64,000 nucleotides of DNA, taken from NCBI GenBank assembly GCA_029547185.1, contig JAKPPU010000068.1, positions 11,124-75,123 on the forward strand, in the 5' to 3' direction. Origin of the DNA: Deltaproteobacteria bacterium (GTDB lineage: Bacteria > Desulfobacterota > Desulfomonilia > UBA1062). A program made the position numbers and the translations under genes. Of this stretch, positions 31,254 to 42,897 are shown piece after piece. The notes under the pieces are model-generated. The model was not told where the DNA came from and did not search any database. It was given only the letters and a program-made list of their open reading frames with translations. How positions within the stretch are numbered: the first letter of the stretch is position 1; every line of letters begins with the position of its first letter.

Positions 31254-32144
31254 ATGATCGAAAGAGAGAATATTCAGTTCGTATCGGGGGGGTTGCGCTG
31301 CGCGGGATGGTTCTACCGGGCTCAAGGAAAGGAGACGTGTCCGTGCATCGTCCTGGCGCACGGCTTCGGAGGGACCAGAGAGATGCGCCTCGATGCCTAC
31401 GGCGAGACCTTTGCCCAGGCAGGCTACCATGCGCTGGTCTTCGATTACCGCCACTTCGGAGACAGCGAGGGCGAGCCCAGGCAGATCCTCAACATCGGCA
31501 GGCAGCATGAAGACTGGCATGCGGCCATAGGGTTCGCGAAGGGGCGTCCCGGAGTCGACCCGTCGAAGATCATCCTCTGGGGCACGTCCTTCAGCGGCGG
31601 GCACGTGGTTCCCGTGGCGCTCAAGGAGAGCGGCATCGCGGCCCTCATATCGCAGGTTCCGCACCTCGATGGCCTGTCGACCGCCATGGCTGCGGGCCCG
31701 GTTCAGAATTTCAGGCTGGGGTTTGCCGCGTGGCGCGACCTCGTGTGCATGGCCCTTCGCAAAGGCCCATTTTACGTTCCCATCGTGGGTAAACCGGGCG
31801 AGCTTGCCGCCATGACCGCACCCGATGCGGAAGAGGGAGTCAAGAGGCTCTATCCCGAAGGATACGAGCCCGACAAGGACGTGGCTGCCCGGATCTTTCT
31901 CCAGGTGGCCCTCTATTCGCCGGGCAGGCTTGCAAAGCACCTCACTGTGCCCTGGCTCGTGCAGGCGGCCTCGGAAGACCTGACCACCCCGGTGAGGCCT
32001 GCGATCAGGGCGGCCATGAAGGCAAAGAAAGGCCAGCTCATTATCTACAGATGCGGCCACTTCGATGTCTATGTCCCGCCCCGCTTCGAGCAGACCGTAG
32101 AAGACCAGATCACCTTCCTGAAGAATGCCCTCGTGAATACCTGA
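31254..32144 (+). CDS. Alpha/beta hydrolase
   Basis: CIVLAHGFGGTREM and the nucleophile elbow LWGTSFSGG (GxSxG). Confidence 0.8.
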   Translation: MIERENIQFVSGGLRCAGWFYRAQGKETCPCIVLAHGFGGTREMRLDAYGETFAQAGYHALVFDYRHFGDSEGEPRQILNIGRQHEDWHAAIGFAKGRPGVDPSKIILWGTSFSGGHVVPVALKESGIAALISQVPHLDGLSTAMAAGPVQNFRLGFAAWRDLVCMALRKGPFYVPIVGKPGELAAMTAPDAEEGVKRLYPEGYEPDKDVAARIFLQVALYSPGRLAKHLTVPWLVQAASEDLTTPVRPAIRAAMKAKKGQLIIYRCGHFDVYVPPRFEQTVEDQITFLKNALVNT

Positions 32145-32400
32145 TGCCGCAATTCTTCTCCGTCTGCGTCGTATGTGAAGATCAAAGCCGGAAGGCAGGG
32201 TCCGGGAAGCACGAAATCCGCTGTCTCTTAAATCTCCCAAGGGGATGGCAGGATCGGTCTCATCACGAGGGCTGCGTCTGAGGGTCAGCGTACTCGAATC
32301 TCCTGTCGAGGAAGTCCCGGGAGATCGGCACGGTCACATTCTTCCTGTAGTCAAAGGAGATCTGCACTGATCTGCCCTTCTTCTTGTGCATGCTCATCCG

Positions 32401-32441
32401 CCAAAAAGAAGGGTGTCCGGCAGAATTCAAGCCGGACACCC
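32401..32441 (-). terminator. Rho-independent terminator of serA
   Basis: 11-bp perfect stem GGGTGTCCGGC (32411-32421) / GCCGGACACCC (32431-32441). On the minus strand it is followed by TTCTTTTTGG. Confidence 0.8.
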
Positions 32442-32471
32442 TGATGAAGTCGAAGCTCTTTCGAAGCGCTG

Positions 32472-33632
32472 TTATATCACCCTGACCGATATAATGCCTT
32501 CGGCCGACTCGATCTTCTTGATCTGGTCGTCAGTCACGCTGCCGTCGATATCGATGATGTTGTAGGCAATGCCGCCCTTGCTCTTGTTGATCATGTCGGC
32601 GATGTTGATCTTGTTTTCCGCCAGGATGTGCGTGATCTTCTCGATCATGCCGGGCTCGTTCTTGTTCGAGATGGTCATCCTCTGAGCGCCGGATCTGTCG
32701 AGGGCGCAGTCCGGGAAGTTGACGGAGTTCTTGATGTTCCCGTTCTCCAGGTAATCCATGAGCTCCATGGCCGCCATGATGGCGCAGTTTTCCTCAGACT
32801 CTTCGGTGGAAGCGCCGAGGTGCGGGATGGCGATGACCTTGTCCGTCTTGATGAGCTCTTCATCGGGGAAGTCGGTCACGTATGAGCTTAACGTCCCGTC
32901 GGCGAGCGCCTTCTGCAGGTCGGCGGTGTTCACGAGCTCTCTCCTGGCAAAGTTCAGGAGCACGGCGCCTTTCTTGATGACCGCAAACTTTTCGGCATTG
33001 ATGGAGCCCCGGGTGTCCTTGTTCAGGGGGACATGGAGCGTGATGTAATCGCACTCGGCAAGCAGCTTTTCCAGGCTCGGGGCTTTCTTGGTATTGCGCG
33101 AGAGCCTCCAGGCCGCCTCGATCGACAGGAACGGATCGTATCCGTAAACCTCCATGCCGAGGGCCTCGGCCGTGTTGGCCACCATGGTGCCGATGGCGCC
33201 CAGGCCTACGACGCCCAGCTTCTTGCCCAGGAGCTCGGTGCCGGCGAACTTCGACTTTCCCTTTTCGATGAGGTCGGGCACCTTGTCGCCTTCGCCCACG
33301 AGCCCTTTGCACCAGCTGAGTGCTCCGACAACGTTCCGCGAGGCCAGCAGCATACCCAGGATGACGAGCTCCTTCACCCCGTTGGCGTTCGCCCCCGGGG
33401 TGTTGAAGACCACGATGCCTTTTTCAGAGCACTTGTCCACGGGGATATTGTTGACGCCGGCACCGGCGCGGGCAATGGCCTTCACGCTCGAGGGCAAGGT
33501 CATGTCCTTCATTTCCTTGCTTCTCACCATAATGCCGTCCGGATCAGAGATGCCGGCCTTGTACTCGTAGTTATCCGTGAAAACATTTAGGCCTTTTTCC
33601 GAGATGTTATTCAACAGATCGATCTTGAACAT
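32472..33632 (-). CDS. serA: D-3-phosphoglycerate dehydrogenase with C-terminal ACT domain
   Basis: ATG 33632 follows GAGGAGG. MFKIDLLNNISEKGL, the NAD site GVVGLGAIGTMVA, the HLGASTEE catalytic region, and an ACT-like tail (ISNKNEPGMIEKITHIL). Confidence 0.9.
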   Translation of the reverse strand: MFKIDLLNNISEKGLNVFTDNYEYKAGISDPDGIMVRSKEMKDMTLPSSVKAIARAGAGVNNIPVDKCSEKGIVVFNTPGANANGVKELVILGMLLASRNVVGALSWCKGLVGEGDKVPDLIEKGKSKFAGTELLGKKLGVVGLGAIGTMVANTAEALGMEVYGYDPFLSIEAAWRLSRNTKKAPSLEKLLAECDYITLHVPLNKDTRGSINAEKFAVIKKGAVLLNFARRELVNTADLQKALADGTLSSYVTDFPDEELIKTDKVIAIPHLGASTEESEENCAIMAAMELMDYLENGNIKNSVNFPDCALDRSGAQRMTISNKNEPGMIEKITHILAENKINIADMINKSKGGIAYNIIDIDGSVTDDQIKKIESAEGIISVRVI

Positions 33633-33788
33633 AAAATCCTCCTCATCTATCCTTACTTGCATATATATTGCAGAATATGCATTCTGTGCCAAGTCCAAAA
33701 AAGTAGATTTTTCAGAGAATCGCCGGAATTCCTATCGCATTGACTTTTTGATTTCCTGCCATTAGAAAGAAGATTCAAGGAGTAACGA

Positions 33789-33995
33789 ATGCCCATCTAT
33801 GAATATCAGTGCAGGGATTGCGGAGAGGAGTTCGAGAGGCTCGTGCCCCTGTCGGCTCAAACCCCTCCGGACTGCCCCAAGTGCAAAAGGAAGAACGTCA
33901 GGAAGAAGATATCGCGGATCGCCTCGGGCAAGTCGGGCTGCGGATCGTGCAGCTCGAGCTCGTGCAGCTCCTGCGCGCCCTCGGGCCATTCCTGA
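33789..33995 (+). CDS. FmdB-family zinc-ribbon protein (CxxC_CxxC_SSSS type)
   Basis: MPIYEYQCRDCGEEFE...CPKC, followed by a Ser/Cys-rich tail GCGSCSSSSCSSC. Confidence 0.8.
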   Translation: MPIYEYQCRDCGEEFERLVPLSAQTPPDCPKCKRKNVRKKISRIASGKSGCGSCSSSSCSSCAPSGHS

Positions 33996-34036
33996 GGGTA
34001 GGCGTCTCAAGACCCCCGGTCAGGGGGTCGTGAAGA

Positions 34037-35356
<1,320 letters not shown>

Positions 35357-35622
35357 TCAGGTAACGGCCCTCTGCCGAGAGGGCATTTCCGTATCCTGCC
35401 TGCCTTTTTCAGCCATGTCCCCGGGCTTCCTGCCTGATAAGCATGACCTGCAATGGCCGTCATATCGAGGCATCTCCTTGACGGAGCTATTGAAACCCGG
35501 TGCACTTGTAACAAATGGGTTGATGAGTGTCAATAATTTACAGGGTAATTGACGGTTGTTTTTTCATTTTGCCGCCGATTGTGATAAGAAGATCATGTAA
35601 TGGATAAATAATAAAGGAGGAA

Positions 35623-36342
35623 ATGATGGCCGTTGTTGAGTGGAAAAAGGAAGGGACTGTCGCAGTCATTCTCATGAACGCAGGCGAGAACAGGCACAAT
35701 CCTGATTTTGCAGCCGGCATGCTCAAGGTTTTCGATGAGGTCGAGGCCGACAAGGACATCACCTCGGTCGTGCTCACCTCGAGCGACGCCAAGAACTGGT
35801 CATTGGGAATCGACATCGTCTGGATAACCGGTGCCATGGGCAATCAGGATTTCCAGACCATCAAGAAATTCGTCTACGACATGAACTCCATATTCAAGCG
35901 GGTCCTCTTCTATCCCGTACCGGTCATAGCGGCCATCAACGGGCATGCGTTCGGAAACGGAAGCGTGCTCGCGTGCACCTGCGACTTCCGCTTCATGAAG
36001 GCGGACAAGGGCTTCTTCTGTTTCCCCGAGGTGGACATCAACATCCCGTTTCTTCCGAGCATGCTCCTGACCGTGAAAAAGGCAATGCCCTACCACAAGT
36101 ACGAGGAGCTCATCTTCAGCGGGAAGCGGGTCGGCGCTAAAGAGCTCGAGGAAAGCCATGTCATCGTGAAGGCCTGCGCCGATGCGGATGCGCTCATGAA
36201 AGAGGCCGTCGATTTTGCGAAGACCTTCCAGAAGGGCAGGGCCATCTTCGGGGAGAACAAGAAGAGGATGCACAAGCACATCATCGAGGCCATGGAAAAG
36301 GAAGACCCCGAGTACATAGATGCCCTCAAGCTCATGGTGTAG
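35623..36342 (+). CDS. Enoyl-CoA hydratase/isomerase (crotonase) family protein
   Basis: AAAGGAGG RBS. VAVILMNAGENRHN, PVIAAINGHAFGNG and FCFPEVDI oxyanion-hole segments. Confidence 0.8.
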   Translation: MMAVVEWKKEGTVAVILMNAGENRHNPDFAAGMLKVFDEVEADKDITSVVLTSSDAKNWSLGIDIVWITGAMGNQDFQTIKKFVYDMNSIFKRVLFYPVPVIAAINGHAFGNGSVLACTCDFRFMKADKGFFCFPEVDINIPFLPSMLLTVKKAMPYHKYEELIFSGKRVGAKELEESHVIVKACADADALMKEAVDFAKTFQKGRAIFGENKKRMHKHIIEAMEKEDPEYIDALKLMV

Positions 36343-36414
36343 GCGTGGCCGGAGCCGGCGGAGGAGATTGTTGAGAAAGGACGGGAACAGCGATCCCATC
36401 CCCGATCAAGGCGG

Positions 36415-37518
36415 ATGAACGGGCCGTATATGCGAAAGATCCTGTCATTGCGAGCCGACCGAAGCAGCCCCGGACGAGATGAAATTGCCTCGCCGTCTTC
36501 AACTCCCTGCAATGCTGATCTGCACAGGCCTTTCGTGCCCCCTCTGCACCTGAGGAGCTCTCTCCTCCAGACGGTCCTGGCGAGCCTCAAGCTTCGTGCC
36601 CTGGGAAAGAACCCCATGCTCGAGGCCTCCCGGGAGGTCATCATCGATGCAGGGGATGGGGTCAGGCTGCAGGGATTCCACTCTCCAAGGACGGACATTC
36701 CTTCAAAAGGGACGGTCATCCTCCTCCACGGGTGGGAGGGAAGCGCAGAGTCCACGTACATCCTCCACACGGGAAGATACCTCTACAGCAACGGGTACGA
36801 TATCTTCCGGCTCAACTTCCGGGACCACGGGAAGACCCATCACTTGAACGAGGGCATCTTCTACAGCACGCTCCTCAGAGAAGTCTACGAAGCGGTCATG
36901 AGGGCTGCAGAGCTGTCGGAGGGAGGTCCGGTCTTTCTCATGGGGTTTTCCCTCGGCGGCAATTTCGCGCTCCGGACAGCACGAAGGCTCCGGGAAGAAC
37001 GCGCTCATCCCATACGCCACGTCATTGCCGTAAGCCCGGTCCTCGATCCCTCAAAGGCCACCGTCGCCATAGACGCCCATCCCGTCCTGCGCAGGTACTT
37101 CCTGAAGAAATGGAAGAGATCACTCATGAGGAAACAGGAGCTCTATCCCCGCCTCTACGATTTCTCCCGCATGCTTGCCATGAAGACCATCCGGGAGCTT
37201 ACGGATGCCCTCATCGAACAGTCCGGACTCTACGCAGATACGGAGGAATACTTCGCAGGCTACACCATACGGGGTGATTCTCTCGAGGATGTCACTGTTC
37301 CCCTGTCCATCGTCACGTCCCGCGACGATCCTGCCATCCCCGTAGACGATTTTTATGACCTCCGTCTTGCAGACCGTTCGAGGCTTATTATTCATATGTA
37401 TGGAGGTCACAACGGATTTCTTCAGGGAATCCGGGCACCCGCCTGGTATGAACAGGAGGCGGTCAGGGTGTTTTCACAGGCTTCGCCGGACAATCCCGGA
37501 TCATGCGCTCGCTTGTGA
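36415..37518 (+). CDS. Alpha/beta hydrolase, YheT-like
   Basis: FVPPLHLRSSLLQTVLASL matches the YheT-type N-terminal motif, with HGWEGS and the nucleophile elbow MGFSLGGN. Confidence 0.8.
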   Translation: MNGPYMRKILSLRADRSSPGRDEIASPSSTPCNADLHRPFVPPLHLRSSLLQTVLASLKLRALGKNPMLEASREVIIDAGDGVRLQGFHSPRTDIPSKGTVILLHGWEGSAESTYILHTGRYLYSNGYDIFRLNFRDHGKTHHLNEGIFYSTLLREVYEAVMRAAELSEGGPVFLMGFSLGGNFALRTARRLREERAHPIRHVIAVSPVLDPSKATVAIDAHPVLRRYFLKKWKRSLMRKQELYPRLYDFSRMLAMKTIRELTDALIEQSGLYADTEEYFAGYTIRGDSLEDVTVPLSIVTSRDDPAIPVDDFYDLRLADRSRLIIHMYGGHNGFLQGIRAPAWYEQEAVRVFSQASPDNPGSCARL

Positions 37519-37629
37519 CCGTGAAGAACACCGGTCCAAAAGATATCTCGATAAATTGAGAGAAATCGGATAAAAGGAATGATATGCCCTGCCCATCGAC
37601 CTTCCTCCCGTTGCCTTTGAGGGTAACGG

Positions 37630-38442
37630 ATGTCAAGGAGGCCATGGGCGGCCGTGAGGGGACGACCGATGGGACACGGATACAGAGAGCACCTGCGACA
37701 GCGTTTCATGAAGGAGCTGGGCAAGGTGATCAGAAAAATCGAGGCATCTGCCGATGGTGTGTCTGCTGACGGAGATTCCGTCAGCTCGGCCGAAGACCGG
37801 ATAGAGATCTACGAGGGCATGATCCGGCACTGCGCCGTTGCGATCTTCGCCATCGACAAACACCACAGGGTGATCCACTGGAACGGCGCGTGCGAAGAGC
37901 TCACCGGCATCAATTCCAAGGAAATCCTCGGAACCTCGAATCACTGGAAGCCTTTCTACGACTTCGCGCGTCCCTGCCTGTCCGATCTCCTCATAGACGG
38001 GAAAGAGCAGATGATGCAGGATCACTACCAGGTCTACGGCTCTTCGGTGCTTCTGCCCCATGGCCTCCATGCCGAGGGATGGTTCCCGCATGTCGGCGGC
38101 AGGGAAAGATACCTCATCTTCGACGCCTCGCCCGTCTTCAGCCGCAGCGGAGAGCTCATCGCTGCAATCGAGACCCTCCAGGACATTACGGAGCTCAAAC
38201 GCATTGAAGAAGAGAGGGAAAGGCTCAATATAAAGCTGCAGGATGCACTCGATCGGATAAAGGTCTTGAGCGGTCTGATACCTATCTGTGCCGGATGCAA
38301 GAAGATCCGCGACGACAAGGGATACTGGAATCACCTCGAGGAGTACCTCGAGCAGCACTCCGATGCCTCATTCAGCCACGGGCTCTGTCCCGAGTGCTTC
38401 CGGAAATTCTTTCCGGACGCCACGAAAGAGGTGAAAGAGTAG
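37630..38442 (+). CDS. PAS-domain protein with coiled coil and conserved Cys/His C-terminal module
   Basis: PAS core (AIFAIDKHHRVIHWNGACEELTGINSKEILG...ETLQDITELKRIEEE). C-terminus is LIPICAGCKKIRDDKGYWNHLEEYLEQHSDASFSHGLCPECFRKF. The start is uncertain: 37630, GTG 37654 or ATG 37669. Confidence 0.75.
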   Translation: MSRRPWAAVRGRPMGHGYREHLRQRFMKELGKVIRKIEASADGVSADGDSVSSAEDRIEIYEGMIRHCAVAIFAIDKHHRVIHWNGACEELTGINSKEILGTSNHWKPFYDFARPCLSDLLIDGKEQMMQDHYQVYGSSVLLPHGLHAEGWFPHVGGRERYLIFDASPVFSRSGELIAAIETLQDITELKRIEEERERLNIKLQDALDRIKVLSGLIPICAGCKKIRDDKGYWNHLEEYLEQHSDASFSHGLCPECFRKFFPDATKEVKE

Positions 38443-38503
38443 CGAGCTCGGCTTGAGGCCCTTCTTCGATCGGCAGTTGCGAGCCGTTTGAAAGGTGGCG
38501 GCA

Positions 38504-39133
38504 ATGGACGAAAACAAGGTGCCGGACTGGCTGAGCTGGGCCCGTGAGATACAGTCGATGTGCCAGACAGGGCTCGCCTACAGCAAATCCGAGTACGATA
38601 CCATGCGGTACAAGCGTCTGCTCGAGATCGCTGCAGAGATCGTTGAAACCCATACCGGGATCCCCGAGGACACCCTCGTGCGGAACTTCTCGGCCCAGCC
38701 CGGCTATGCCACGGTAAAGGTCGATGTCAGAGGGGCCGTGGTGAAAGAGGGCGAGATCCTCCTCGTGAAGGAAAAGAAGGACGATATGTGGGCCCTTCCC
38801 GGAGGATGGGCGGATGTGGGGGAGCACCCGTCCCGCATGGTATCCCGTGAGGTCCTCGAGGAGACCGGGTTCGTCGTCACGCCGAAAAGGGTCATCGGGA
38901 TCTACGATGCCAACAGGTCACCGGTTCACCTCGAGTTCTACCATGCGTACAAGATCATCTTTCTCTGCGAGATCACCGGAGGAAGCCCCCGCATCAGCGA
39001 CGAAACCTCGGAGGTGAGATTCTTCGGGTTCGACGACGTTCCGCCGCTTTCGGGATATCGGACCACGATCCGCCACCTCTGCGATATCCGGGCGCACCTC
39101 GAAGACCCGGGCATGCCCACGGTCTTTGACTGA
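38504..39133 (+). CDS. NUDIX hydrolase with NUDIX_N-type N-terminal domain
   Basis: ATG 38504 follows AGGTGG; the track start is GTG 38495. The N-terminal WLSWAREIQSMCQTGLAYSKSEYDTMRY is followed by the Nudix box GGWADVGEHPSRMVSREVLEETGF. Confidence 0.85.
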   Translation: MDENKVPDWLSWAREIQSMCQTGLAYSKSEYDTMRYKRLLEIAAEIVETHTGIPEDTLVRNFSAQPGYATVKVDVRGAVVKEGEILLVKEKKDDMWALPGGWADVGEHPSRMVSREVLEETGFVVTPKRVIGIYDANRSPVHLEFYHAYKIIFLCEITGGSPRISDETSEVRFFGFDDVPPLSGYRTTIRHLCDIRAHLEDPGMPTVFD

Positions 39134-39290
39134 ATGCCTGCTGGCGGCACGGAACGGACTGGCATGAAGCCGGGGATGACAGGGGAGAAAGCGGGAGTGA
39201 CACGGTGGAGAAGAATTCGCTCCATAAGTATTAACCATCATGAACGATTCCTTACGTTAACGCCCATGCGCCTTCTAAGGGAATGACAGG

Positions 39291-40541
39291 ATGGAAGACA
39301 GGAATGGCAGAAGAGAAAACCGGGACGGCAAATCGCAGCGCTTTTTGCTGTTTCTCCTGATACCATGCATCGTGCTCGTGCATCTTTCAGGATGCCAGAC
39401 GGCAAAGCCCAGGCCTTCGGCATGCCTTCCCTCTGAAAAGAGCATAAGCGCAAAGCTCGACGCTGCATTCGACGATTTCGTTTTCAAGAAGGAGTTCTCC
39501 GCCATCCTCACCTCGCTCGTTGCGTCCTCGTGGGACCCGTCCGGAGACTGGAAGGGGGACATCCAGGGTGATGCAACCGCCTTTGCTCCCATGCTGCTCT
39601 ATGCGCTCGCACGCGATACGGGCGAAGGGGAACTCCGCTCCATGGCGGAGCGGACAGTGGCATATGAGGCAGGGCTCGTGAAGAGACTCTATTACTGGCC
39701 TTTCCCGAGCACATCCCTGGTCATGGGATTCCCGGCTCTTGCACAGCCCTCCATCCAGAACGACGACCAGACGTACAGGTCCCTCTTTTTGAGGGGCGTG
39801 CGCTTCGGATATGCATTCACCTCCCTGTCTCCGGAGTTCTTCACCCCGTTTGTCAGGGAGAAGGCGTGCGTATACGGGCTTATGGGGTATATGTGCCTCG
39901 TGGGTGCGGAGGTTGCCGACGAACCGAGAGAGAAGGACGAGTTCGTCCGGAAAGGCGTCAAGCTGATCGAGAAGGCAAACAAGTTCTGCTGGGATGAAAG
40001 GGAAGCCCTCTATACGCACTCGAGCCTCCTCGACTGGCCCCAGGAGACCATGATGATGGCCCTGATTCAGGCATACAGGGCGACCGGCAACCGGGCATAC
40101 CTCGACAGGGCCCGCATTGTGCTCGATACCATGAACAGGCTCTGCCGTGATGCATGCAGGGGCGGGTATTACGGCCACCCCGATCTCGACACCAAAGGCC
40201 TCTCAGGGAACAACAACATGGCGTGGGTGCTTCTCGACCTCCATGAGGCGACAGGAGACGGAAAATACCTCGAGGAGGCCCATGCCGTCATGGAGTGGGT
40301 CCTCTCGAACGACCTCTATGACTCCTCGAAAGGAATAATCTACCATCACTATACGAAGAACGGCGGCAGGGCAGGATATTCCTGCACGGGATGCAACTTC
40401 CATACGCTCACCTGCATCTACCGCTACAATGAGCTTCTGAAGAAAGGCGCATCGGCACAAGCCGGGCAGGGCTTTCAAAAGACAGGGAATATTCCTCTTG
40501 ACAGAAGATCCGGCTCTAGGGCAGATCAATCTTTGCAGTGA
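39291..40541 (+). CDS. Lipoprotein with (alpha/alpha)6-barrel-like (N-acylglucosamine 2-epimerase / six-hairpin glycosidase-like) repeats
   Basis: Lipobox LVHLSGC. Repeated helical-hairpin motifs such as TGNRAYLDRARIVLDTM and TGDGKYLEEAHAVMEWVL. The family assignment is tentative. Confidence 0.5.
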   Translation: MEDRNGRRENRDGKSQRFLLFLLIPCIVLVHLSGCQTAKPRPSACLPSEKSISAKLDAAFDDFVFKKEFSAILTSLVASSWDPSGDWKGDIQGDATAFAPMLLYALARDTGEGELRSMAERTVAYEAGLVKRLYYWPFPSTSLVMGFPALAQPSIQNDDQTYRSLFLRGVRFGYAFTSLSPEFFTPFVREKACVYGLMGYMCLVGAEVADEPREKDEFVRKGVKLIEKANKFCWDEREALYTHSSLLDWPQETMMMALIQAYRATGNRAYLDRARIVLDTMNRLCRDACRGGYYGHPDLDTKGLSGNNNMAWVLLDLHEATGDGKYLEEAHAVMEWVLSNDLYDSSKGIIYHHYTKNGGRAGYSCTGCNFHTLTCIYRYNELLKKGASAQAGQGFQKTGNIPLDRRSGSRADQSLQ

Positions 40542-40796
40542 GAATGGCCGAGTAAAAACGAGTATTCGACGTCATCTATCGGCCTGGAAAACCCTTTTTT
40601 CGTCAATGCCATCAGCCAAAGATGAATATCGGTCTCAAGAATGCTTTGGCGGTTTTGCCGAGTGTGGTATAAGGCTCTTATAAACCGGCCGGGAGGAACA
40701 TTCCCCATTTTAGGGAGGGCACTGGAAAACGTAAGGGGATGTCCCCTGGCGGGACTTTGAGCAGGCTTGTTTAAAGGAAAAAGAGTGGGAGGAACA

Positions 40797-41348
40797 ATGA
40801 TCGCATCGTATGAAGGGAAAACGCCCAGGATCGGAAAAGACGTCTTCGTTGCACCCACGGCATACGTCATCGGTGACGTGGAGATCGGAGACGGATCGAG
40901 CATATGGTATGGAGCCGTAGTCCGAGGCGATCGTGCCAAGATCAAGATCGGGCGCAATACCAATATCCAGGATAATGCAACTCTGCATGCCGACCCCGAA
41001 AGCCCTCTTGTCATAGGGGATTATGTCACTGTCGGGCATAATGCCGTGATCCATGGATGCACCATCGGCGACGATTGCCTGATCGGGATGAGTTCGGTCA
41101 TCCAGGGTGACGCCCATGTGCAGAGCGGTTCGGTCATTGCCGCCGGGTCGGTTGTGAAGGAAGGCGGTGTGATCAGGCCGTTCTGCCTTGCCGCAGGCTC
41201 TCCCGCAGAGATCAAGAAGGAGCTCGGTCCCGAGAGATCCAAGAAGAACCGGCAGAGCGCGAGGAGCTACTGTGAGCTTGCCAAGGCCCACAAGAAGGCC
41301 CTGTCAGGGGAGCCCGAGCCCAATGCCAAGAAGGAGAAGAAGAGCTGA
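40797..41348 (+). CDS. Gamma-carbonic-anhydrase-like / left-handed beta-helix (PaaY/YrdA) protein
   Basis: ATG 40797 follows GGGAGG. Hexapeptide repeats (VIGDVEIGDGSSIWYGAVVRGD, TVGHNAVIHGCTIGDDCLIG) carry the conserved His residues. Confidence 0.85.
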   Translation: MIASYEGKTPRIGKDVFVAPTAYVIGDVEIGDGSSIWYGAVVRGDRAKIKIGRNTNIQDNATLHADPESPLVIGDYVTVGHNAVIHGCTIGDDCLIGMSSVIQGDAHVQSGSVIAAGSVVKEGGVIRPFCLAAGSPAEIKKELGPERSKKNRQSARSYCELAKAHKKALSGEPEPNAKKEKKS

Positions 41349-41594
41349 AGAACCGTTTCCACTCCTTTGAGGAAGCGGTGAGAGATTTCCCCATCGGCTG
41401 ATGGACCTGTCTTTAAGATTTGAATAAGTCCCTTGCGGAGAGTATCGGTGGAGGGATGCGTCGTGACAGCACCGCTCTTCGTATAAGAGCAATGGAATAT
41501 GAGATGTAAGTTTATGGTATGGATAATCCGATGATGTGTAGTATGCTGATTTTTGATATGGTGATACGAACACGCACATAACTAGGAGATGGTA

Positions 41595-42794
41595 ATGCTC
41601 ACACAAGTACAGCTCGAGCGGTATGCCGAAGTGCTCCTCTGGGGCCTCAAGACAGCCAGGGCAGAAAGGTTCAAGAAAAACGACATTATACTGGTTCGCT
41701 ATGATCTGGCGGCCCTTCCGTTAGCCGAGGTGCTCTACCCGAGGCTCCTGGCAGAAGGCTTCAACGTCGTTCAGCGCCTGTCCCTGCCCGAGTCCATGGA
41801 GCAGTCCTTCTACAGGATTGCGGATGCGAGCCAGCTCGTCTTCAGGACCCCGGGCGATGCCGAGCTCTTTTCGGCCTTGAACGGCACCATCTCCCTCCGC
41901 GCCCCCAGCTCCATCACCCACCTGAGCGGGATCGACGCCGCAAAGATCGGAAAGGCGGTCGTTTCGAGGAAATACCTGAGCGACATCCTCGACGCCAGAG
42001 AGGCACAGGGCCTCTTCGGATGGACGCTGTGCATCTATCCCACCGAGGAATTGGCCCGACACGCCGGCATGAGCATCGAGGACTATACAGACCAGATCAT
42101 CAAGGCATGCTTTCTCGGCCGCAAGGACCCCGTCGCTCTCTGGAAGGAGATCTACAAGGAAGCCCAGGCCATCAAGAAGTGGCTCAACGCCATGAAGGTG
42201 AAGTTTTACTGCATCGAATCCGACGGCATCGACCTCGAGGTGTTTCCGGGCGAGTTCAGGAAGTGGATCGGCATATCGGGGCACAAAGTCCCGAGCTTCG
42301 AGCTGTTCCTCTCTCCGGACTGGCGGGGAACGAGCGGGATCTACTATGCGGACCAGCCCTCGTACCGGAGCGGCAACTACACGAGAGGCATAAGGCTCGA
42401 GTTCAGGAACGGCTCTGCCGTGAGCGTCGAGGCGGAAGAGGGGGCCGAGTTCGTGAAGAAGCAGCTCTCCATGGACGAAGGTGCGAACAAGATAGGGGAA
42501 TTCTCGCTCACGGACAAGAGATTCTCGAAGATTGACCGGTTCATGGCCAATACCCTCTACGATGAAAATTTCGGGGGCAAGAGCGGCAACTGCCACATCG
42601 CCGTGGGTGCATCCTACTCCGATACCTTCGACGGCAACCCGGCAGAACTCACCAAGGAAAAGAAGGCAAGGCTCGGGTTCAACGACTCGGCCCTGCACTG
42701 GGACCTCGTCAACACCCAGGACAAGAGGGTCACGGCCCACCTCGCGACAGGCGAGACCAAGACGATCTACGAGAAGGGAATGTTCACGTACTGA
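41595..42794 (+). CDS. Aminopeptidase, M29 (AmpS/PepS) family
   Basis: About 400 aa. ERYAEVLLWGL and the C-terminal DENFGGKSGNCHIAVGASY...ALHWDLV pattern are typical of thermophilic-metalloprotease M29 enzymes. The second ATG (41595) is better spaced from AGGAG than 41589. Confidence 0.82.
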   Translation: MLTQVQLERYAEVLLWGLKTARAERFKKNDIILVRYDLAALPLAEVLYPRLLAEGFNVVQRLSLPESMEQSFYRIADASQLVFRTPGDAELFSALNGTISLRAPSSITHLSGIDAAKIGKAVVSRKYLSDILDAREAQGLFGWTLCIYPTEELARHAGMSIEDYTDQIIKACFLGRKDPVALWKEIYKEAQAIKKWLNAMKVKFYCIESDGIDLEVFPGEFRKWIGISGHKVPSFELFLSPDWRGTSGIYYADQPSYRSGNYTRGIRLEFRNGSAVSVEAEEGAEFVKKQLSMDEGANKIGEFSLTDKRFSKIDRFMANTLYDENFGGKSGNCHIAVGASYSDTFDGNPAELTKEKKARLGFNDSALHWDLVNTQDKRVTAHLATGETKTIYEKGMFTY

Positions 42795-42897
42795 CGGGAT
42801 GCGTGAAATATCCCGGAGGCGTCAAGCGGGATTCCTGTTTATCTGATCGATTTTAGCTCATAGCAGCTATTTTTTGTATGAATGGGAGGTTGTCGAT

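Noticed and set aside
32263-32397. 45-codon minus-strand ORF (MSMHKKKGRSVQISFDYRKN...) just after the serA terminator.
   Set aside because: It has no convincing Shine-Dalgarno sequence or recognisable motif, and it begins immediately downstream of a strong terminator. There is not enough evidence to call it a gene.
33677-33691. TGGCAC...TGCAT on the minus strand upstream of serA.
   Set aside because: The spacing between the GG and GC elements is 2 nt too short for a sigma-54 promoter.
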